From Eledone cirrhosa (Eukaryota): a DNA stretch of 64,000 bases. The notes under the pieces were generated by a model, which searched no databases, was not told the origin of the DNA, and was given only the letters and a program-made list of their open reading frames with translations. Position 1 is the first letter of the stretch, and the number at the start of each line of letters is the position of its first letter. A program made the position numbers and the translations under genes. Of this stretch, positions 40,021 through 54,210 are shown one piece after another. The DNA lies in contig OZ024751.1 of assembly GCA_964016885.1 (NCBI GenBank), positions 44,516,001-44,580,000 on the forward strand. The letters run 5' to 3'.

Positions 40021-40995
40021 TTTAATGTTTGATAGGAAGCGTTTTTGTGTGTTATTGTGGGCGTGTGTGTTAGGGTAGGTGGTAGCGTGTGTATTAGGGT
40101 AAGTAGGGGCGGGTGCATTTGGACAGTTTGGAGTGTTTGTATTTTGGCATGTGGGGGTGTGTGTATATTATGGCAGTTGGTGGCGTGTGTATTTTGGCAG
40201 GTGGGGGTGTGTGTACATTATAGCAGTTGGGGTGTCTGTATTTTGGCAGGTGGGTGTGTGTGTAAGTGGGAAGGTGGGGGCGTGTGTAAAATGTGTTTGG
40301 ACAAATTATGTGTTATGACCATTAGAAAATAAAACCGCATAAGTTTAATTTTCATCTAATGATGTGTATATGGATCGGTAGAGCGGTGCGGATATTAAAA
40401 AGGTGAGGAAGGGAGGACACGTACGGTTATTTATAAGAAACACAGGCAAGATCAGAGAGTAGAGTAAAGACTAAGCAATTGTCTTGGGCTGAGTGGCATA
40501 AAGGTTTGGGGATCAGCGATACAGTGGATTGTTTGTGAGTAAAGAAACTTTAGGGTGGGTATATTTGTTTTGGAGACAATAAACGTCACCCGGTAAAATA
40601 AAGTAGAGTATGTGAGGGGTAGGGTAGTTGTAGGGGAGATATCTTTGTTAGTTTACAACTTGATTGATTCAAATATATATTTAGGGGAGGGCTGCGTGTT
40701 GTGTAGGTGGTATTAAATAGTAGTACTGAAAACCTTTAGTTTGTATGGAGCAAGGATGGGGGCGGGGAGAACAGGGGTTAGCTATGATTGCGTCGACTTT
40801 ACAGGGAACGGTCATCCATATAGATACACACGTATAGATGTTCAGATACGCAGGCTTGTTTATACCAAACAAAATAGTGTGTGCATGGAATTGTTTTATA
40901 GAAACGGGCGTGATCAGAGAGTAGAGGAAAGACTAAGTAATGTCTATATATACACAAACATATACATATGCATATACATTCATGAATGTACAAAT

Positions 40996-41204
<209 letters not shown>

Positions 41205-41241
41205 TATATATATACATATATATATATACATATATATATAA

Positions 41242-41305
<64 letters not shown>

Positions 41306-41310
<5 letters not shown>

Positions 41311-41504
41311 AACGAGTAGGACCCCGACGGCTGAGCTCAAGCCGTTTCGACGGCTAATTCTGGACAGTCCAGAATTAGCCGTCGAAACGGCTTGAGCTCA
41401 GCCGTCGGGGTCCTACTCGTTCCTATTACCCACTCTACTACCCTAAGAATTGAGTACTTTGGTGCGTTATGGTCCATCTGGTTCCTTACCACATTTCCTT
41501 CGTT
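41306..41504 (+). mobile_element. fold-back mini-element family A (perfect 60-bp-arm palindrome 41306-41426)
   Basis: Centre TGGAC-A-GTCCA at 41366; flanked by (TA)n. Confidence 0.85.
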
Positions 41505-41519
41505 ATATATATATATATA

Positions 41520-41599
<80 letters not shown>

Positions 41600-41615
41600 A
41601 TATATATATATTCAG

Positions 41616-41658
41616 ACCGAGCTGAAGATCCGCATAAAGGGAAACATTTGTTCTCGGT
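41616..41658 (+). ncRNA. type I hammerhead ribozyme in an ~80-bp insert between (TA)n tracts
   Basis: ACCGAG CTGAAGA TCCGCATAAAGG GAAAC ATTT GTT CTCGGT. 6-bp stem I; stem II weak. Confidence 0.65.
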
Positions 41659-41891
41659 ATGGTGAACTAACTGTTGTAGAACTACTTCTATATATATATA
41701 TATAGAGAGAGAGAGAGAAAGAGAGATGTATTTAATTATGTCTCATATAAAATAATACAACTGGCTATCCGCAAAATACGTATAGTTAGCACCCCAAACG
41801 TATAATTGTGATTATACTAAGGTATATCCTAATGTTTGTTGAGTGAGACGGAAGCCGGTCGGAGTATTGCTTAAAGCTTTCTCTGTTAATG

Positions 41892-41943
<52 letters not shown>

Positions 41944-42093
41944 CTCCTCCCCCTCCATTCTTTACTCTCATCTCCTCCTCTTTTTCATCGTTTCCACCCC
42001 CCCCCCCCTCATTTTTTTCCCAATATCACTCATCAATCTTAAACTACTTTTCATATGTTGATTTAAAACTGCAATATTCATATCATGTCTCCC

Positions 42094-42164
42094 TATTTTA
42101 TCTGACGAAAACGCAAATGTCATCGCATGATGATATTTGTTTTTGAAATGCGCATAATAAAATA
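42094..42164 (+). ncRNA. type I hammerhead ribozyme with long stem II, within element 41940-42290
   Basis: TATTTTAT CTGACGA AAACGCAAATGTCATC-GCAT-GATGATATTTGTTTTT GAAA TGCGCA TA ATAAAATA. Confidence 0.85.
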
Positions 42165-42314
42165 CATGGAACTCTTTTAAGCATCTTTTGATCTTATATT
42201 ATTTATACTCCAGTTCTACAAACTGTAGAGTGCTTCTTAGCCGATATCTGCATTGCTTTATTGTACTACAATAAAACTCACCTCCTACATTATATATATA
42301 TATATATATATATA

Positions 42315-42425
42315 GTAAAAAATTGAACGGGAACAAAACAGAGAGGTAGTACGAACAAAGGTTTATTAGTTTCACGCTCTTGAGAGTGGGGTGGTGGTGG
42401 GGAACGACGTTTCGGGCATAAGCCC

Positions 42426-42430
<5 letters not shown>
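42315..42430 (-). mobile_element. Penelope-like 3' end truncated inside the HHR core (..ATGAAGGGCTTATGCCCGAAACGTCG)
   Basis: Homologous to 48660-48915; joins (AT)n at the ATGA of the core. Confidence 0.7.
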
Positions 42431-42500
<70 letters not shown>

Positions 42501-42694
42501 TTTATGTGTGTGTTTTATATACATCTATACGTACAAAATTATATTTATAAATAAAATTCCACCATTTTGTGTTTGTATCTGAAATCAGCAGCGTTTCTTC
42601 TGAATCATGTTGTTGACTTCTAGAAACATCCAGATGTGAAAAACCTTAGAATATTGAAACATGGAGAGGAAAACATGAAGACTGCTTAGATATT

Positions 42695-44612
42695 GATGTT
42701 GTTGTTGTGGTGGACATTGGTGATAGTAGTACTGGTGGTGGTGGTCTTAGTAGTGGTGTTGTGGTGGTGGTAGTGGTGTTGTGGTGGTAGTGTTAGTAGA
42801 GGTGTTGTGGTGGTGGTGGTGGTGGTGGTGGTGGTGGTGGTGGTAGTGGTGTTGTGGTGGTGGTACGGTGTTGCGGTGGTGGTGTTAGTAGTGGTGTTGT
42901 GGTGGTGGTGCTGGTGTTGCGGTGGTGGTGTTAGTAGTGGTGTTGTCGTGGTGGTGTTAGTAGTGGTGTTGTGGTGGTGGTGTTAGTAGCGGTGTTGTGG
43001 TGGTGGTAGTGGTGTTGTGGTGGTGGTGTTAGTAGTGGTGATGTGGTGGTGGTGGTGGTGGTAGTGATGTTGTGGTGGTGGTGGTGGTAGTGGTGTTGTC
43101 GCGGTGGTGTTAGTAGTGGTGTTGTGGTGGTGGTGTTAGTAGCGGTGTTGTGGTGGTGGTAGTGGTGTTGTGGTGGTGGTGTTAGTAGTGGTGATGTGGT
43201 GGTGGTGGTGGTAGTGGTGTTGTGGTGGTGGTGGTGGTAGTGGTGTTGTGGTGGTGGTGTTAGTAGTGGTGTTGTGGTGGTGGTGGTGGTTAATAGTGGT
43301 GTTGTTCTGGTGGTGTTAGTAGTGGTGTTGTTGTGGTGCTAGCGGTGTTGTGGTAGTGGTGTTGAGGACATTGTGGTAGTGGTGTTGTGGTAGTGGTGTT
43401 GTGGACATTGGTGTTGTTGTGGTGGTTGTGGTGTTGTGGACATTGGTGTTGTTGTGGTGGTTGTGGTATTGTGGTAGTGGTGTTGTGGTAGTGGTGTTGT
43501 GGTAGTGGTGTTGTGGACATTGGTGTTGTTGTGGTGGTAGTGGTATTGTGGTAGTGGTGTTGTGGTAGTGGTGTTGTGGACATTGTGGTAGTGGTGTTGT
43601 GGTAGTGGTGTTGTGGACATTGTTGTTGTGGTAGTGGTGTTGTGGACATTGGTGTTGTTGTGGTGGTAGTGGTATTGTGGTAGTGGTGTTGTGGTAGTGG
43701 TGTTGTGGTAGTGGTGTTGTGGACATTGGTGTTGTTGTGGTGGTAGTGGTATTGTGGTAGTGGTGTTGTGGTAGTGGTGTTGTGGTAGTGGTGTAGTGGT
43801 AGTGGTGTTGTGGACATTGGTGTTGTTGTGGTGGTAGTGGTATTGTGGTAGTGGTGTTGTGGTAGTGGTGTTGTGGTAGTGGTGTTGTGGTAGTGGTGTT
43901 GTGGACATTGGTGTTGTTGTGGTGGTAGTGGTGTTGTGGTAGTGGTGTTGTGGTAGTGGTGTTGTGGACATTGGTGTTGTTGTGGTGGTAGTGGTGTTGT
44001 GGACATTGTTGTTGTGGTAGTGGTGTTGTGGTAGTGGTGTTGTGGATATTGGTGTTGTTGTGGTGGTAGTGGTATTGTGGTAGTGGTGTTGTGGTAGTGG
44101 TGTTGTGGTAGTGGTGTTGTGGACATTGGTGTTGTTGTGGTGGTAGTGGTGTTGTGGTAGTGGTGTTGTGGACATTGGTGTTGTTGTGGTGGTAGTGGTG
44201 TTGTGGACATTGTTGTTGTGGTAGTGGTGTTGTGGTAGTGGTGTTGTGGACATTGGTGTTGTTGTGGTGGTAGTGGTATTGTGGTAGTGGTGTTGTGGTA
44301 GTGGTGTTGTGGTAGTGGTGTTGTGGTAGTGGTGTTGTGGACATTGGTGTTGTTGTGGTGGTAGTGGTATTGTGGTAGTGGTGTTGTGGTAGTGGTGTTG
44401 TGGTAGTGGTGTTGTGGTAGTGGTGTTGTGGACATTGGTGTTGTTGTGGTGGTAGTGGTATTGTGGTAGTGGTATTGTGGTAGTGGTGTTGTGGTAGTGG
44501 TGTTGTGGTAGTGGTGTTGTGGTAGTGGTGTTGTGGACATTGGTGTTGTTGTGGTGGTAGTGGTTTTGTGGTAGTGGTGTTGTGGTAGTGGTGTTGTGGA
44601 CATTGGTGTTGT
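42695..44612 (+). repeat. cryptic GT-rich minisatellite of 14-bp GTGGTAGTGGTGTT units punctuated by GTGGACATTGGTGTTGTT
   Basis: Direct reading; open in all three minus frames. Confidence 0.9.
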
Positions 44613-44738
44613 TATGACAGTAAGGCCGAATTTTATGTTTTGACATAAATTTCCCTTCCGAGATATACAAAACGTGTAGAAACCAGACATAGCATTGTTA
44701 GCAAACATTCGAGAACAAGCAACACAAGGTCAACAGGA

Positions 44739-44775
<37 letters not shown>

Positions 44776-44830
44776 CATCTGCATCTATGTATACATATTT
44801 GTACATACATATACACATTTATAGACACAC

Positions 44831-44891
<61 letters not shown>

Positions 44892-44946
44892 CATCTGCAT
44901 CTATGTATACATATTTGTACATACATATACACATTTATAGACACAC

Positions 44947-45026
<80 letters not shown>

Positions 45027-45119
45027 TTCTATATATATTTCTAAGCATGAGTGTCTACGTCTGTGAGTATTTACTACCAGACACACATACGCACACAACA
45101 GTTGTGTATATATATATAT

Positions 45120-45244
<125 letters not shown>

Positions 45245-45470
45245 TATATATATATATATCTATACACATATATACACACATATATACACACATATATACA
45301 CAACTTCAACATGTTTATTTTGATAATATATCAAGCTGTGTAGCACAATATTTCTAAATATAGTTTCGTCTTTCGTTTTTTCAAATTACCCAATAAAAAT
45401 AAGCACCATTTTATTTTTAGTAATATTGTTCTTGCTGTTGTTGTTGTTGCTATTGTCATTGCTGTTGCTG

Positions 45471-45521
<51 letters not shown>

Positions 45522-45553
45522 TTATTAACACAACTACTATTACTATCACAACA

Positions 45554-45596
<43 letters not shown>

Positions 45597-45622
45597 TTAT
45601 TATCACAACTACTATTACTATC

Positions 45623-45708
<86 letters not shown>

Positions 45709-46426
45709 CACTACTACTACTACTACTACTACTGCTACTACTATTCCAAAGAAAGTCACCTGAAGACGGGTCAATGCCCTTAAGTATTATAGTATAAAGA
45801 AATATCATGTTTAGACGTCTGAAATATTTGAAGGAATCGAGAGCCGTAGAGATACAAAACATAGACACATCTTATATTTTTAATTTTATTAATGTTTCTT
45901 TTCTTTTTGTCTCAGAAAATAACAAGATAGATTTGTTATTTTTCTTCCATAGCTATTGCAAAATATATTTGCACGCACACCAATGCAACTAATCCCACGG
46001 GACCCAAATTGTCGGCCTCAAATCCGTGGGCCATTATCACTGAGCTCTGATTTCTGATCTCTGATCCCGATCAGGTGAACAACAACAGCTTGAGACAGCA
46101 TCATTCTCATACACAACAAGATGAAGACTACCTATCTCAGCAAACATACGGAAATACGCATAGACGCGCACACACATGCATTCATACAAATCGTCAGGAA
46201 TTCCTTGGTGATTTCTTACGAATGAAACAGTTCTAATCCTGTAGAAGTCATTTCTATAATAAAATAAAGGTGACTATACCCTACTAACGTATTGAGTGCC
46301 CTTTTTTAACTGTGGTCACCTCCCGATATATATCAGGATTCCACCCATTACATATATACAGTATATATATATATATGTATGTACGTATGTATGTATGTAT
46401 GTACACCTACGTATATATATATACGT

Positions 46427-46995
46427 AGTACAACCTGTCTCATGGTCGGGTCGTTGGCGACTAAACTGGCAACCCCACCAAGGTTTCTTGGTGAGGAGGG
46501 TGACTTTGGACATCCTGCAGGACTAAAAACAAAACCTGTCAAAGGGCAAAGGAGCTCTTAAGAGTCAATGGCCATCCAAAATCACCGGGAGAGATGACCC
46601 CTTAGCCTTTGTCAAGGCAGAATTCTAGGAGAAGGAAAACTCTGATATAACACCTGCAACCCTGATGGTATCCAATGATGTTGACTTGTTCTTCTTTTTG
46701 GTAAATATCATCTTGGTTAAGAGAGTGGGACTGGCTTTGTGCAGTGCCTTTGCTCACTATAAAAGCTTCACGGCACAGGCATTGCTATATATCTGGAGAT
46801 CTCTCTGCACTTGTCGTCACATGGTACCATGGGCCCAGCACTATGTGTCAATAATTGTCACAAGTGTAGTGTTTGTACCAGAGTTTTCAAGTCGCTGGTT
46901 GGACTAAAAAGTCACACTCGTTCAGCGCTTCGGTAGGGGTTCTCCTACATGGATATAAAGTAGTGGCCGTACTCGAAAACGAGTTGGCAGCCACC
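46427..46995 (+). mobile_element. second copy of the ~600-bp RTE-5'UTR-like non-autonomous repeat
   Basis: Reverse complement of 16378-16946. Confidence 0.75.
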
Positions 46996-47819
46996 ATATA
47001 TATATATACAGAGAGAGAGAGAGAGAGAGAGAGAGTGAGAGAGAGAGAGAGAGGGCGAGAGTGACGTAAATAGCAAGCAACAAACATCTCCAACTTTATA
47101 GCCATTAAAACTACACAACCAACACATAAAGTGTACTATATGAATCAAATACATAAAAACTATAAAACAGACGAACACATAATAATGAAATTTCTCATAA
47201 AACGTAACACAAAATACATCGTAGCAAGCCATAAATTATCAGTAATAATATGTACTACGAAAACTGTCAAATGAAATGTCTCTTTATTAACCAGAAGCCA
47301 TAAGTGTGTAAACCTGTAAATAATATGTTATACAAACCATCAATGTGATTTATAAATTCAATTTGATAAACATAGTTCACTTAACTCTTCTTCTTTATTT
47401 TCTTCATTTCTTCTAATACTACAAATAAATATGAAAATAATAAGAATAACAAACATCTCCAGAGTAGAAACAATGTCATTGAACTCTCAGATTGGTTATG
47501 TTCCTATCTCCAACATTAGTTCTATCTGTTGTAAAGAAATCTATTTCCAATCATAGTTGACTTTCTCCGACTGATTAATGTAATGTCATTTCTTTAGTAA
47601 GGTGACATTAGATAATATGTTCCTAGATAGACTATGTCATTGAGGAAATAAAAATGTCATAGGCCCGAGTGGAACATGTTTGATCATAATCCTGGGCTGA
47701 ATTTTGAAGCATGACAGAAAAGTAAATACTCCTGAGGGCATGGATGGAACGTCTTCAATTTAAACTTATTTCTTGACTGATTTAAGGCTAAGAAAATATA
47801 TAAGAACAACATAGATAAA

Positions 47820-48160
47820 AATAATGGTTTCTGATTTAACCACGAGACCACAAATTTTGGGAGAGGGGATAGTCGATTAAATAGACCCCAGTGTATTACT
47901 GGTACATTATTTTATCGACCCCTGGAAGGATGAAAGGCAAAGCTAACCTCGGCGGTATTTGAACTCAGAGCGTAAAGGGACGTAACTCTACACCGCAAAG
48001 TATATGATGTCCGATGCTCTACCAATACTATTAATCCACAAAAATAATTGTTTCTACTTTTGGCACAAGGCCAGCAATTACCCAGCACGTAAAGGGACGT
48101 AACTCTGTGCTGAAAAGCATGGCGTCCAACCCTCTACCGATACTACTTATCCACAAAAAT
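47820..48160 (-). mobile_element. tandem tRNA-derived SINE copies
   Basis: Reverse complement of the SINE core and head. Confidence 0.8.
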
Positions 48161-48593
48161 AATAACAATCATAATAACGACTACTGTGTCGAAATTGCTG
48201 ACAAAAGCAGTAGCAGAATGAGTAATTGTATCAAGAATAGTAGTAATAATATCAGTTCTTTACCAAAGAAACAATAAAGCAATGTCTGCACTTGCAAAAC
48301 AACGACGATAATAAGACATTAAAACAATGGCTACGTTGAGAACAATGGTCCAAGTGCACTAGACATATGATAAATGAAATAAATGTCTCAACGAAAAAGC
48401 ATCTGCAGAAGCAGTAAATGAGCCAAAAAAGAGAAGCAGGAGTGATTGTAAAATATATGACTGGTTGTATAAACAATAAAATACTATCACGAGTATAAAG
48501 AGAGAACGTTGAATTTTACCCAATTATACGGATGGCTATGGAGAATCTGACGTCAGTTTGATTTCAGTAACGGAGCAAACATAAAAATATATG

Positions 48594-48628
<35 letters not shown>

Positions 48629-48753
48629 CGCTCAATAAGTATACATATGTATTGTATACTTTATTCCCTCCTTTTAATTTTTTTCGCCCTTTTTAATGTC
48701 TTTGCACCAATCCCCCTCACACCCTCGGAACTCTTTTCCTTCCCACTTTTCTC

Positions 48754-48784
48754 CTGATGAAGGGCTTATGCCCGAAACGTCGTC
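48754..48784 (+). ncRNA. hammerhead core in Penelope-like remnant 48660-48915
   Basis: CTGATGA-A-GGGC-TTAT-GCCC-GAAAC-GTC-GTC; no convincing stem I. Confidence 0.55.
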
Positions 48785-48805
48785 CTCACCCCACACTCGT
48801 GAATA

Positions 48806-48841
<36 letters not shown>

Positions 48842-48916
48842 AAAGTAAAAAACAAAAAAACAAAACCAATAACAAAGAGTGCAGTACGAACAGTGTGGTA
48901 TTAGGATCACGCTTGA

Positions 48917-48972
<56 letters not shown>

Positions 48973-49064
48973 CTCATGTTTCCAGAGAGGGATATCGATA
49001 AGTTGAATATCTAACACGAGGTGTGTAAAATGTAAACTTGTTAGCCTCTTTGTGGGGAGCTAAC

Positions 49065-49495
49065 GAAAATCTAAACATATGAGCTATTGCCCTTAGAGTA
49101 GAGAAAGACGGATGTAATCTAAATTCTGGGCTCTTGCCCCTCAACAGGGAGGAGAGAAAGACGGATGTTTAATCTAAATTCTGGGCTCTTGCCTCAACAG
49201 AGAGGAGAGAAAGACGGATGTTTAATCTAAATTCTGGGCTCTTGCCCCTCAACAGGGAGGAGAGAAAGACGGCTGTTTAATCTAAATTCTGGGCTCTTGC
49301 CTCAACAGAGAGGAGAGAAAGACGGCTGTTTAATCTAAATTCTGGGCTCTTGCCTCTGAAGAGAGAGGAGAGAAAGACGGATGTGTTGCTAGTCTGGTCG
49401 TCGGCAAGTAACACAATCTAAACTCTTGGGGGTATTGCCCTTCAGTGGAGAGGAGAGAAAGAAGGATGTGTTTCTGGCCTGGTCGTCGGCAGTTA
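49065..49495 (+). repeat. ~54-bp minisatellite (AATCTAAATTCTGGGCTCTTGCC..CAACAG.GAGGAGAGAAAGACGG)
   Basis: About 5 well-conserved and 2 degenerate units. Confidence 0.9.
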
Positions 49496-49731
49496 ACGAA
49501 GAACGAAACAGGAGTGGTATGCGGAGTGAAGTGTAGGGTAAAAAGAGAGATTATCTGATGAGAAGATGAAATCAATGGTAGACAATAAACAAAGAAAGAA
49601 CGCCAACAGAATGTCGGTTTGAAATATTCTAAAAATGTTATCTAACTTAATAGATTAATTTGCCAGGAGTTGCAACCGGTATTAGTACCAGCAATTAGAA
49701 AGAAGAATTGAGACATTGTTTCCTTGGACAG

Positions 49732-49753
49732 ATCTGTAGTTCCACACCACTTG
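49732..49753 (+). CDS. candidate 22-bp micro-exon (SVVPHHL)
   Basis: TTTCCTTGGACAG acceptor, TTG/GTAAGC donor. Confidence 0.3.
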
Positions 49754-50067
49754 GTAAGCGGCGAATGAGGTTTGGGATCTTTTCAATTGATTCAACCCAA
49801 CTCCTAATAGCTTAATGAAGGCGGTGAATTGGCAGAACGTTACGTCATATGACATATTTCGTAGAGTTACGTAATCAGTGTTGGTGTAAAACTCTGTGAC
49901 GTCACGGTGAAACAATATTTCATTGACATTGGAGCTAAACAGGAAGTAATAATAATATACGTAAAATAATTCAGTATTTAACTTCATCAGCCGGAATTCC
50001 TAACAATATAATTTGATTGGGAAGTTCCATTCTTGGCATTAACAACAACAATAACAACCCTAATAAA

Positions 50068-51040
50068 ATAATTGTTTCTACTTTTGGCACAAGGCCAGCA
50101 ATTACCTCAGTGCATTACTGGTACTTTATTTTATCGACCCCGTAAGGATGAAAGGCAAAGTTAACCTCGGCGAGATTCGGACTCAGAACGTAAAGGGCCA
50201 TAACTCTATCCGGCAAAGCATGGTGTCTGACCCTCTATCGATAAGCCCTAACAAAATAATAATAATAGATTCAAAGCACTTAGCCGGTATCTGGGAGATA
50301 CATGGTTCAATCCCTTATAGCGGTCGATGACAACTATTTTTTCCGTCTTTAAGGGTTTTCACCTTATTTTATTAAATATTTATAGCATCTCTACCAATGA
50401 GCACACCACTCTTTATACGAAGAATTATAATTATTATTATTATCTCTACTTTTAGGGCGGTGGATTGGCAGTATTGGTAGAGAGTCGGACACCATGCTTT
50501 GCAGCATAGAGTTACAGCCCTTTACGGTCTGAGTTCAAATCCTGCCGAGATTAACTTTGCCTTTCATCCTTACGGGGTCGATAAAATAAAGTACCAGTCA
50601 CGCACTGGGGTCGATTTAATCAACGTTTCCCTCCCCCCAAATTACTGGCCTTGTGCCTATATAAGAAACCATTATTATCTCTACAGGGCGGTGGATTGGC
50701 AGTATCGGTAGAGGGTCGGACGCCATTCTTTGACGTATAGAGTTACGGCCCATTGCCATTCTGAGTTCAAATCCCGCTGAGGTTAACTTTGCCTTTCATC
50801 CTTACGGGGTCGATAAAATAAAGTACCAGTAATGCACTGGGTAATTGCAGGCCTTGTGCCTAAAGTAGAAACAATTATTATTATCTCTACTTTTGACACA
50901 AGGCCAGCAATTTAAAGGGACCCCAGTGTGTGACTGGTACTTTGCTTTCTTGACCACGTAAGGATGAAAGACAAATTAACCTCGGTAGGATTTGAGCGTA
51001 AATAGCCTGTATACCGCAATAGTATTTTATCCGACACCCG
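50068..51040. mobile_element. SINE cluster: 50068-50255 (-), tandem 50455-50880 (+), 50885-51040 (-)
   Basis: A-box-like TGGCAGTATCGG, B box GAGTTCAAATCC, shared core, (ATT)n tails. Confidence 0.85.
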
Positions 51041-51044
51041 ACTA

Positions 51045-51081
<37 letters not shown>

Positions 51082-51144
51082 CTCTCGTTCTCTGTCTATC
51101 TTTCTGTCCACTTCTTTCTCTCTCTCTCTTTCCACTTCTTTCTT

Positions 51145-51195
<51 letters not shown>

Positions 51196-51287
51196 TATAA
51201 AACCTTATAAAACAAATAACCATGATCATGAAATCAAAAACATAAATATTTATAATCGCTGGAACAACAAGAAAAACAAACAAACAA

Positions 51288-51320
<33 letters not shown>

Positions 51321-51727
51321 CAGATAGATAGATAGATATTAAGATAGATAGATAGATATAAGGAGATGGAATTGAGGTGAAAATGGAAGACGTATATTTT
51401 CGCCGATCCTTGAGAAAATTTCTCTGGGACACGACAAACATTAAGGCGACATTTTCAGACCTAGAATGTCAGAGGTAAAAAAGGCGTATAGTCAACCCCA
51501 CAGGATTTAAACCTTAACAAATTTGACAACATAACTTCCTCCCTCATTTTTTTTTGTGTATTACTTTCTTTCTTTCCTTTTGTTGTTGTTGTTGTTGTTA
51601 TTTGTTTGTTTGTTTTGTCCTTATTTTTGTCCTTGTAATTGTTGATACTTTGCACATAAAAAAGGAAAGGGAGACAATTATATAAGTATTAAAATGTAAA
51701 GGGCAGAAACCTTTCACATATTTTCTA

Positions 51728-51794
<67 letters not shown>

Positions 51795-51904
51795 TCTCTT
51801 TCCTTCTTTCTATTTTTGTCTGTCTGTCTAGTTCGCTCTCTCTATCATTATCTCTATTTCATATCTCTCTTTATGGCTGCCTGGGTCTTTCTCCCCACCT
51901 CTCT

Positions 51905-51964
<60 letters not shown>

Positions 51965-52056
51965 ATCTGTCTATCATATATCGCTTTATGTCTGTCAGTC
52001 TCTCCTCCACCCCCTCCACTCTCTCTTGATATCTCATTTTTAATTCTCTTCATGTG

Positions 52057-52101
<45 letters not shown>

Positions 52102-52767
52102 GTCTATCTGTCTATCTCAGTCTCATTATCTCATTTTCCCTTGATACCACAGCTTTGTTCTCTCCAGTTCAAAATGTGTAACTTTGACGGTACCAAAAAT
52201 ACAAAAATCTTGTTTCCCTTCGTGCGACTGCTCCCAGAAATTTTGTTGAGAAAGTGAAATTTAATTAGAGAGAAAGAACGTGTGGTAAATAGAATAAGAA
52301 AGAATGAGTGAGAGATTTGGAGAGAGAGAGGGTGAGGGAGAGTAGTGTAGAAGGGGAGAGAGAGAGAGAGCGGGAAAAAAAGAGAAAGCGAGGAGGTGAT
52401 AACAGGAGAAAGAGAGGAGAGGAGAAAAGGGGAGAGAGAGGAGAAAAAAAAGAAAGAGAGTGGCTGATAAAGGGAGTGAATTTGAGAAAGTATAGAAAGA
52501 GAAAGAATGATATATATATATGTATATATATATGTATGTATATGTATATATCTCTCTCTCTATATATATATATAGATAGATATATATATATAGATAGATA
52601 TATATATAAAGGGAAGATGAAATGGGATACCCGGGGAGGGGGAGGGTGGCGGGGAATGCTCAGCGGAGCAACATTTGCCAAGTGGTGAGAGCAATTAATG
52701 ATAATTGGTTAGTTCGTATGAATCTATTAAATATAACTGACTCTTTAAGGACAGTCTACTAATATTG

Positions 52768-53820
52768 ATGGTAATGGTGGGTGGTGGTGGTGGTGGTGGT
52801 GGTGGTAATAGTGGGTGGTGGTGGTGGTGGTGGTAATGGTGGTGGTGGTGGTGGTGGTGGTGATGGTGGTGGTGGTGGTGGTGGTGGTGGTGGTGGTAAT
52901 AGTGGGTGGTGGTGGTGGTGGTGGTGGTGGTGGTGGTGGTGGTGGTGGTGGTGGTAATAGTGGGTGGTGGTGGTGGTGGTGGTGGTGGTGGTGGTGGTGA
53001 TGGTGGTGGTGGTGGTGGTGGTGGTGGTGGTAATAGTGGGTGGTGGTGGTGGTGGTGGTGGTAATAGTGGGTGGTGGTGGTGGTGGTGGTGGTAATAGTG
53101 GGTGGTGGTGGTGGTGGTGGTAATGGTGGTGGTGGTGGTGGTGGTGGTGGTGGTAATAGTGGGTGGTGGTGGTGGTGGTGGTGGTGGTGGTGGTAATAGT
53201 GGGTGGTGGTGGTGGTGGTGGTGGTGGTGGTGATGGTGGTGGTGGTGGTGGTGGTAATAGTGGGTGGTGGTGGTGGTGGTGGTGGTGATGGTGGTGGTGG
53301 TGGTGGTGACGGTGATGACAACGATGATGACAGTGATGATGATGACAGTGATGATGATGACGGTGGTGGTGGTAATGGTGGTGGTGGTGGTGGTGGTGGT
53401 GGTGATGACAACGATGATGACGGTGATGATGATGACAGTGATGATGATGACGGTGATGATGATGATAGTGTTGGTGGTGGTGGTGGTGGGGGGGTGATTA
53501 TTATGATGGTGTTGGTGGTGGTGGTGGTGGTGATGGTGATGGTGGTGGTGGTGGTAATGGTGGTGGTCGTGGTGGTGGTGGTGATGGTGGTGACGGTGAT
53601 GATGGAGGTGGTGGTGGTGGTGGTGGTGGTGGTGGTGGTGATGACAACGATGATGACGGCGATGATGATGATGATGATATCGATGATGATACTGTTGTCG
53701 CTGACTATGATAAGAATGATGATAATGATCGTGATGACGGTGGCGACAACGATGACGATGTTGATGATGATGATGATGACATTGGGGATTATTATTATTA
53801 TTGTTATTGCTATTATTATT
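52768..53820. repeat. (GGT)n/(GAT)n microsatellite with GGTAATAGTG punctuation
   Basis: Direct reading. Confidence 0.95.
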
Positions 53821-53829
53821 TAACCATCT

Positions 53830-54210
53830 ATATCGATAGAGATTCGGACACCATGTTTTGCAGCATAGAGTTATGGCCCTTTACGGTCTGAGTTCGAATC
53901 CCGCCGAGGTTAACTTTGCCTTTCATCCTTACGAGGTTGATGAAATAAAGTACCAGTCATTCACTGGGGTCGATTTAATCGACTTTCCCCTCCCTCCCAA
54001 AATTGCTGGCCTCGTGCCTATATAAGAAACCATTATTTAACCATATATGCTTTGACGTATAGAGTTACGGCCCTTGCCATTCTGAGTTCAAATCCCGCCG
54101 TGGTTAACTTTGCCTTTCATCCTTTACGGGGGGGGGGGTCGATAAACTAAAGTACCAGTAATACACTGGGGTAATTGCTGGCCTTGTGCCAAAAGTAGAA
54201 ACAATTATTT
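53830..54210 (+). mobile_element. tandem tRNA-derived SINE copies
   Basis: GAGTTCGAATCCC B box and SINE core twice. Confidence 0.85.

Noticed and set aside
40330-40940. Possible degenerate Penelope GIY-YIG remnant on - (also 60360-60740)
   Set aside because: Only faint motif resemblance with many stops; cannot be supported without a profile search.
43290-44708. Mucin-like T/H/P-rich 472-aa ORF
   Set aside because: All three minus frames are open because the 14-bp repeat lacks stops; the unit length is not a multiple of 3.
50455-50560. tRNA gene
   Set aside because: A/B boxes belong to SINE heads; no complete cloverleaf.
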